A DNA stretch of 32,186 bases from Chloroflexota bacterium. GTDB lineage: Bacteria > Chloroflexota > Dehalococcoidia > Lucifugimonadales > JACQOS01. Each line of letters starts with the position of its first letter. Within the stretch, counting starts at the first letter, position 1. This document shows, one piece after another, positions 26,747 through 32,186 of this stretch. Made by a program: the position numbers and the translations under genes. The DNA is taken from positions 1 through 32,186 of the forward strand of contig JACQOS010000213.1 of NCBI GenBank assembly GCA_016202425.1, written 5' to 3'. The notes under the pieces were generated by a model. The model was not told the origin of the DNA, searched no databases, and saw nothing but the letters and a program-made list of their open reading frames with translations.

Positions 26747-26913
26747 GGCAACTTCCTCTCACCACCGCAACGTTCAAGCCATCTCGGTCGCTCCAGGAGA
26801 GAGTGGGTTCGGCTGTTGGACAGGTCTAGTCTGGAAGGCCGGTGGCTGCGCGTGAAGGTGCTGGAGGAGCGGCGAGTCGCTGAGGTTGGCCATGTGGCGG
26901 AAAAGGGCGCTCG

Positions 26914-26949
26914 TTGAAGGGCCTACCTGGATTGTGATACACTTCTCAC
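26914..26949 (+). promoter_or_regulatory. promoter of nuoEF/fdh-like operon with overlapping Rex/CRP-like box
   Basis: TTGAAG-18 nt-TACACT (TGn extended); TTGTGATACACTTCTCAC at 26932-26949 matches TTGTGAAnnnnTTCACAA at 11/14 positions. Confidence 0.5.
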
Positions 26950-26957
26950 GCTAGAGC

Positions 26958-27470
26958 ATGCCTTCCCCCACCCGCCAGGCCGCTCTGACGACCCCGAGCG
27001 AGGCACTGCGTGCCACGATCCGCCGGGTATTGGCATCCCAGCGGGGCCCGACGGTGACCGTGCTATCGTCGCTCCTGGCGGTGCAGGACACTCTGGGCTA
27101 CATCTCTCCCCAGGCCGTTGCCGAAGTGGCGGAGTTCACCCATGCCAGCGTCAACGACGTGTGGGGTGTGGCGTCCTTCTACACGAACTTCCGCTTCGCT
27201 CCTCCGGCCCAGCACACCGTGGAGGTGTGCTGGGGTCCCTCCTGCCACGTCGTAGGGGCGCTCTCTCTGCTGAAGGCGGTGCTGGAGGGCCTTGGACGCA
27301 CAGGCGAGGGGGAGACCTCGGACGGTGCCATCACGCTCAAGTACAATACCTGCCTGGGAGCCTGCGCCCAGGCGCCCGTCATGAAGGTGGACCAGCAGTT
27401 GGTGGGGCGCGCCACGCCTGCTCTGGCGAGCCAATGGCTCCGCGGCCTGCGGCGGGAAGGCCCGGGATGA
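26958..27470 (+). CDS. NuoE/HydC-like [2Fe-2S] subunit
   Basis: L..VQDTLGYI, VWGVASFY, VCWGPSCH, CLGACAQAP. Confidence 0.92.
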   Translation: MPSPTRQAALTTPSEALRATIRRVLASQRGPTVTVLSSLLAVQDTLGYISPQAVAEVAEFTHASVNDVWGVASFYTNFRFAPPAQHTVEVCWGPSCHVVGALSLLKAVLEGLGRTGEGETSDGAITLKYNTCLGACAQAPVMKVDQQLVGRATPALASQWLRGLRREGPG

Positions 27471-29173
27471 CGGCCAGCTACGCCGTGTTGCAGGAGCGGG
27501 CCCAGGGGCGCCAGTGGGCCCTGGCGGAGAAGCGGCGCGTGCGGGTGGGTACTGCTCTCTGCGGGATGGCGGCGGGCGCGGGAGCGGTGCTGGACGCGGT
27601 ACGCCGGGAGGTAGGGTCCCTTGGGCTGGAGGCCACGGTGAGCGAGGTGGGGTGCCTGGGCCTCTGCTACGCCGAGCCTCTGGTGGACTTTCAGAGCCCT
27701 GGGGGCCAGCGCGTCTTCTATGGCAACGTGGCAAAGGAGCAGGCGCCGCGCCTGGTGCGGGCCCACCTGGTCGAAGGGCAGCCTGCGATGGAAGGAGCGC
27801 TGGCTACATTGGGGGGCGAGGCCCTGCCAGGGGTACCGGCGCTGGGGCAGCTGCCCATGATGAAGGGGCAGCTCCGCATCGCGCTGGGGAACGCTGGGCA
27901 CATAGACCCGGGGAGCCTGGAAGAGTACGTGGCCGTGGGCGGCTACGGGGCTCTGGACAAGGCCCTCTCGGGCATGGCGCCCCAGCAGGTGCTAGAGGAG
28001 GTGGCGCGGTCGGGTCTGAGGGGCAGGGGAGGGGCGGCCTTCCCCACAGGGGTGAAGTGGCGGTTCCTGGCAAGCTCTCCTGGGCCCGTGAAGTACATCC
28101 TGGCTAACTGTGAGGAGGGCGATCCGGGCGCCTTCAACGACAAGGCGGTCCTGGAGAGCGACCCCCACGCCCTGTTGGAAGGGATCGTCCTGGCGGGCTA
28201 CGCCACGGGGGCCTCCAAGGGGTTCGTGTTCGTCCGCCACGGGCACGAAGGGCCCATCCACAGGATGCGGGAGGCGGTGCAGCAGGCGTACGCGGCCGGG
28301 CTCCTGGGGGCGAACATCTTGGGAGCGGCGTTCAGCTTCGACTGCGAGGTTGTCCTGGTAGGGGAGTCCTACGTCTCCGGGGAGGAGACGGCCCTCATGG
28401 AGGCCATTGAAGGTAAGCGGGCTACGCCCCGGTACCGGCCGCCGTTCCCGGCCGCTGTGGGCCTCTGGGGCAAGCCCAGCAACATCAACAACATCAAGAC
28501 GCTGACCTACGTGCCCCCCATCGTCGCTCGGGGGGGGAGTTGGTTCGCCAGCATCGGCACGGAGCGCAGCAAGGGGACGGCCATCCTCTGCCTCTCCGGG
28601 GCTGTCCAGCGGCCCGGGATGGTGGAGGTCCCCATGGGAAGGACTCTCCGGGAGGCCGTCGAGGGCCTGGGTGGCGGTGTCGCGGGAGGGAGAAAGCTGA
28701 AGCTGCTGCAAACGGGCGGGCCCCTGGGAGGGCTGCTGAGCGCCGACAAGCTGGACATCCCCCTGGACTTCGATGCCATGGCCCGGGCCGGGGCCATCCT
28801 GGGGTCCGGAGGGATCATCGTCGCCGACGACACCGCCTGTGCCGTGGACCTGACGCGCCTGCTGGTGGCCTTCTGCCAGTTCGAGTCCTGTGGCAAGTGT
28901 TTCCCGTGCCGGCTGGGGACGACGCACCTGCTGGAGATCATGGAGCGCATCTGCCGCTTCCAGGCCAGGCCCGGGGACCTAGAGCTGATGCACACCGTGG
29001 GGACGCAGATGGCCGCTGGCTCGCTGTGCGGCCACGGGCAACTGGGTTTCAACCCGGTCCAGTCGGCGCTGAAATCCTTTGGAGCCGAGTTCACGGCCCA
29101 CATCGAAAGGCGTACCTGCCCCGCGGGCGTGTGCGACGGGAAGTACCTGACGCCGGAGCGGAGCAGGCGGTGA
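27467..29173 (+). CDS. NuoF/HydB-like FMN/NAD(P)H-binding subunit with N-terminal thioredoxin-like Fe-S domain
   Basis: ATGA overlap with previous gene; CGMAAGA, GCLGLCYAEP, SGLRGRGGAAFPTG.KW, NCEEGDPGAF, GEETAL, ESCGKCFPCR.G, SLCGHG, CPAGVC. Confidence 0.93.
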   Translation: MTASYAVLQERAQGRQWALAEKRRVRVGTALCGMAAGAGAVLDAVRREVGSLGLEATVSEVGCLGLCYAEPLVDFQSPGGQRVFYGNVAKEQAPRLVRAHLVEGQPAMEGALATLGGEALPGVPALGQLPMMKGQLRIALGNAGHIDPGSLEEYVAVGGYGALDKALSGMAPQQVLEEVARSGLRGRGGAAFPTGVKWRFLASSPGPVKYILANCEEGDPGAFNDKAVLESDPHALLEGIVLAGYATGASKGFVFVRHGHEGPIHRMREAVQQAYAAGLLGANILGAAFSFDCEVVLVGESYVSGEETALMEAIEGKRATPRYRPPFPAAVGLWGKPSNINNIKTLTYVPPIVARGGSWFASIGTERSKGTAILCLSGAVQRPGMVEVPMGRTLREAVEGLGGGVAGGRKLKLLQTGGPLGGLLSADKLDIPLDFDAMARAGAILGSGGIIVADDTACAVDLTRLLVAFCQFESCGKCFPCRLGTTHLLEIMERICRFQARPGDLELMHTVGTQMAAGSLCGHGQLGFNPVQSALKSFGAEFTAHIERRTCPAGVCDGKYLTPERSRR

Positions 29174-29194
29174 GATGAGGAAAAGGAGCTGCGG

Positions 29195-32095
29195 GTGACG
29201 GAGCCCATCGCCATCACCATTGACGGGCGGGCGGTCCAGGCCCGCCCTGGCTCCATGGTGCTGGAGGCGGCCATGGAGGCAGGGGTCTACATCCCCTATC
29301 TGTGCTATCACCCGGGCATGAAGCCCTTCGCCGCCTGTCGGTTGTGCGTGGTCCAGGAGGAGGTGGAGGCAGAGGTGGAGAGGGACGGCCAGAAGGTGAA
29401 GGAGAGGCAACTACGGCCCCCCTCGGCCTCCTGCACGCTTCCGGTGCGTCCCGGCATGGCCGTGCGTACCGTCACCGAGACGGTCCGGCAACTGCAACGG
29501 GGGGTGATGGAGATGCTCATCTCCGAGCACCCCCACGGCTGCCTCACCTGCCACAGGATCGAGCTGTGTGGCCCCGAGGATATCTGCCTGCGGCACGTGT
29601 CGGTGAACGACCGATGTGTCATCTGCCCCAAGAACGAGCGGTGTGAGCTGAAGGACACGGTCCGGTACCTGGGGATGGAACTGACCTCTTCCTTGTCGTA
29701 CCAGACGCGGGGTCTGCCCATCGAGGCGGCTGACCCGTTCTACGACCGGGACTACAACCTGTGCATCGTGTGCGGTCGTTGCGTGCGGGTGTGCGAGGAG
29801 GTGCGCGGGGACAACGCCATCACGTTCACCGAGCGGGCAGGGCAGGCGCTGGTGGGGACGTCCCGGGGGACGTCGCTCTTGGAATCCGGATGCGAGTTCT
29901 GCGGGGCCTGTCTCGATGTCTGCCCCGTGGGGGCGCTGGTGGAGAGGGAGCACAAGTGGGACAAGGCAGTGCGGGTCGTGCGGACGGTCTGCCCCCACTG
30001 CCCGGTGGGGTGCCAGTTGAACCTGGAGATCAACAAGAGGGAGAAGGTGGTCCGGGCCATTCCTGAGATCAAGGCTCCGGCCAACCGCGGCCAGGCGTGT
30101 TTCAGGGGAAAGTTTGGCCTGGAGTACGTGAACCACAAGGACCGGCTGAGGAGGCCGCTGGTCCGCAAGGACGGGCAGCTCCAGGAGGCCACGTGGGAGG
30201 AGGCGATGGCGCTCGTGGCGGAGCGGCTTGCCCGCTACCGCGGGAGCCAGTTCGCAGCCGTGGCGTCAGCGCGGGGAACGAACGAGACGGCGTACCTGCT
30301 CCAGAAGTTCGCGCGCGTGGCCATGGGGAGCAACAACGTCTGCGTGGACTCCGACACCCGGCCGGCCCTGGCCAGGACGCTGGCGGACTCCCTGGGCTAC
30401 GCTGCCGCCACCAACACCATCTGGGAGCTGGAGAGGGCAGGCTGCATCCTCGCGGTCAATAGCAATACCACGGAGGAGCACAACGTGGTGGCGGTGCCCG
30501 TGAAGCGGGCTGTCAAGGGTGGCGCCAGGCTCATCGTGGTGGACCCTCGGGAGGTGGAGCTTACCCGCTATGCCCATCTCTGGCTGCGGCCCAGGCCCGG
30601 GACGACGCTGGCCCTGCTCGCGGGAATGTTGCGCGTCGTTCTCGACGCGGGGCTGGCCGACAAAGCGTTCCTCCAGGAGCGGTGCGATGGTCTGGAAGCG
30701 TTGCGGGCGTCCGTGGGGCCCTACGACCTTGAGGCCGTGGCCAGCGCTACGGGCGTGCCAGGGGAGGCGATCGGGGAAGCGGCGCGCCTCTACGCCAAGG
30801 GGGGGCCGTCGGCCATCCTCTACGCCCTGGACAACGTGCCGCCCGAGGATCAGGAGGCCGAGGTCGTGGCCCTGGCGGACCTGGCGCTGGCGACGTGGAA
30901 CCTGGGGAAGCCCTCCAGCGGGCTGTATCCCCTGCGTCACGGCACCAATGAGCAGGGCGCTTTGGACGTGGGATGCGCCCCGGACCTGCTGCCAGGCTAC
31001 GCTCATCTGGACGACGGGCACGCGCGGCGGCGGCTGGAGGAGTCCTGGAGAGCTGCCGTGCCGGAGACACCGGGCCTGGGCCTTGGTGCGGCCCTCCTGG
31101 CGGCGCGGGAGGGCAGGCTGAAGGCGATGGTGCTGATGGGAGATAGCGCCAGCTACTCCAGCGGAGAGGTGGGGGACGGCTACGAAGCCCTGGACCGTCT
31201 CGAGTTCCTGGTGGTGCACGATGCGTTTCTGGGCGAGGCGGCCCAGCGGGCCCACGTCGTGCTCCCCGCCACCACGTTTGCGGAGGACGAGGGCACGTAC
31301 ACCAACCTGGAGCGGCGCGTCCAGCTCCTGGTCAAGGCGCTCACGCCGAGGAACAGCGAGGCAAGGCCCGCCTCTTGGATGGTGTGCGACCTCGCCCGGC
31401 GCATGGGGGCGAAAGGGTTCGACTTCCTGGGCCCCGCCGAGGTGTTCGATGAGATCGCGGCCGTTGCCCCTAGCTATCGGGGCATCTCCCACGAGCGGCT
31501 GCGGCGAGAGGCCGTGCTCACCCTCCGCCCGGACCCGCTGGACCCCCTCCCTACCCAGTACCTCTACTCGGACCGGGTGTCCCAGGGGCTCCTGTGGCCA
31601 TGCCCGGAGCCTGAAGGCCCGGGGACGCCGGTCCTCTATGCCACTGGGTTTCCCCACGGGCGGGCGCGGCTCAGGCCGCTGCCGCCCCCTCGGCCCCGGG
31701 AGGCGGAGCCGTTGCTGCTGGTCCCGGGCCGGGTGCTGGCCCAGGAGGACCGGGAGATGGAGGTGGCGCAGGCCGACGGTGTGAACCAGGTCCGGCGGGA
31801 CGAGTGGGTGGAGCTCCATCCTGAGGATGCCGCGGCCCGGGGCATCAGCCCGGGCGACCTGGTGGAGGTTCTGTCGGGGAGGCAGCGCCTTCGGGGAATC
31901 GCCGTGCTCCGGGAGGGGGCGCACCGAGGGGTGGTGTCCGTCACCACCCTCTTCGGAGAGTTGGCCACCAGGCTCCAGGCCAGCGAGGCCCCGGACCCCA
32001 TGGCCAGCGTCCCCGGGCTGGTCATTGCGCCGGCACGGATGGAGAAGCTCGGCGCGGGCCCCCGCCTCCGGGCGGCGGGCGGGCCATCCCCATAG
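29195..32095 (+). CDS. NuoG/FdhF-like large subunit (multi Fe-S, molybdopterin-oxidoreductase fold, catalytic Cys/Sec apparently absent)
   Basis: [2Fe-2S] LCYH..ACRLC..SC; HPHGCLTC..C; CIVCGRCVRVC; CEFCGACLDVCP; CPHCPVGC..C; VVLPA..E.EGTYTNLERRVQ; AAAGGAG RBS. Confidence 0.9.
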   Translation: MTEPIAITIDGRAVQARPGSMVLEAAMEAGVYIPYLCYHPGMKPFAACRLCVVQEEVEAEVERDGQKVKERQLRPPSASCTLPVRPGMAVRTVTETVRQLQRGVMEMLISEHPHGCLTCHRIELCGPEDICLRHVSVNDRCVICPKNERCELKDTVRYLGMELTSSLSYQTRGLPIEAADPFYDRDYNLCIVCGRCVRVCEEVRGDNAITFTERAGQALVGTSRGTSLLESGCEFCGACLDVCPVGALVEREHKWDKAVRVVRTVCPHCPVGCQLNLEINKREKVVRAIPEIKAPANRGQACFRGKFGLEYVNHKDRLRRPLVRKDGQLQEATWEEAMALVAERLARYRGSQFAAVASARGTNETAYLLQKFARVAMGSNNVCVDSDTRPALARTLADSLGYAAATNTIWELERAGCILAVNSNTTEEHNVVAVPVKRAVKGGARLIVVDPREVELTRYAHLWLRPRPGTTLALLAGMLRVVLDAGLADKAFLQERCDGLEALRASVGPYDLEAVASATGVPGEAIGEAARLYAKGGPSAILYALDNVPPEDQEAEVVALADLALATWNLGKPSSGLYPLRHGTNEQGALDVGCAPDLLPGYAHLDDGHARRRLEESWRAAVPETPGLGLGAALLAAREGRLKAMVLMGDSASYSSGEVGDGYEALDRLEFLVVHDAFLGEAAQRAHVVLPATTFAEDEGTYTNLERRVQLLVKALTPRNSEARPASWMVCDLARRMGAKGFDFLGPAEVFDEIAAVAPSYRGISHERLRREAVLTLRPDPLDPLPTQYLYSDRVSQGLLWPCPEPEGPGTPVLYATGFPHGRARLRPLPPPRPREAEPLLLVPGRVLAQEDREMEVAQADGVNQVRRDEWVELHPEDAAARGISPGDLVEVLSGRQRLRGIAVLREGAHRGVVSVTTLFGELATRLQASEAPDPMASVPGLVIAPARMEKLGAGPRLRAAGGPSP

Positions 32096-32186
32096 CAGGT
32101 TGGTGAAAAAGGAGGAGTCCAGTCCCGACTCGTCGGGATTGGCGGGGGTCTGGGGGTGTCCCCCAGATATAATTCTTACCCCCTTC
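32096..32186 (+). mobile_element. MITE copy 4 (partial, cut by window edge)
   Basis: ATAG|CAGGTTGGTGAAAAAGGAGGAGTCCAG... nearly identical to copy 3 except for the first hairpin; starts right after the TAG stop of the large subunit. Confidence 0.88.

Noticed and set aside
26786-26917. Possible gene remnant (..LEGRWLRVKVLEERRVAEVGHVAEKGAR*)
   Set aside because: No clear start or RBS and no recognisable family
29195-32095. Selenocysteine formate dehydrogenase
   Set aside because: No in-frame TGA or SECIS and no Cys/Sec-His at the active-site position

Overview
GC-rich bacterial chromosomal window. The host is most likely Chloroflexota, Dehalococcoidia/SAR202-like. This is an inference from the Chlor_Arch_YYY/TIGR03663 gene pair, the tmRNA tag (A)GEPQLALAA and a family-5 SBP with a PTATP linker. 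Housekeeping content: thrB, tRNA-Pro(CGG), frameshifted prfB, nfi, a ZIP transporter, citrate synthase, an S41 peptidase, smpB, tmRNA, a tRNA nucleotidyltransferase, rnc and ftsY. Accessory content: (1) an isochorismatase-like hydrolase + SBP + DUF1989 operon; (2) an internally deleted IS110 element right after tmRNA that keeps a structured non-coding left end (bridge-RNA-like), followed by a membrane protein and an ADP-ribosylglycohydrolase; (3) an archaeal-type membrane glycosylation cluster; (4) a lower-GC MFS gene; (5) a NuoE/NuoF/FdhF-like operon whose large subunit lacks the Mo-binding Cys/Sec-His, has an extra Cys cluster motif and has a Rex/CRP-like box on its promoter. Four copies of a ~140-bp MITE (15-bp TIRs, ATAG target duplication) all sit directly after TAG, three of them at gene stop codons, and their internal hairpins differ between copies. 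All calls come from manual motif recognition; no database searches were run.
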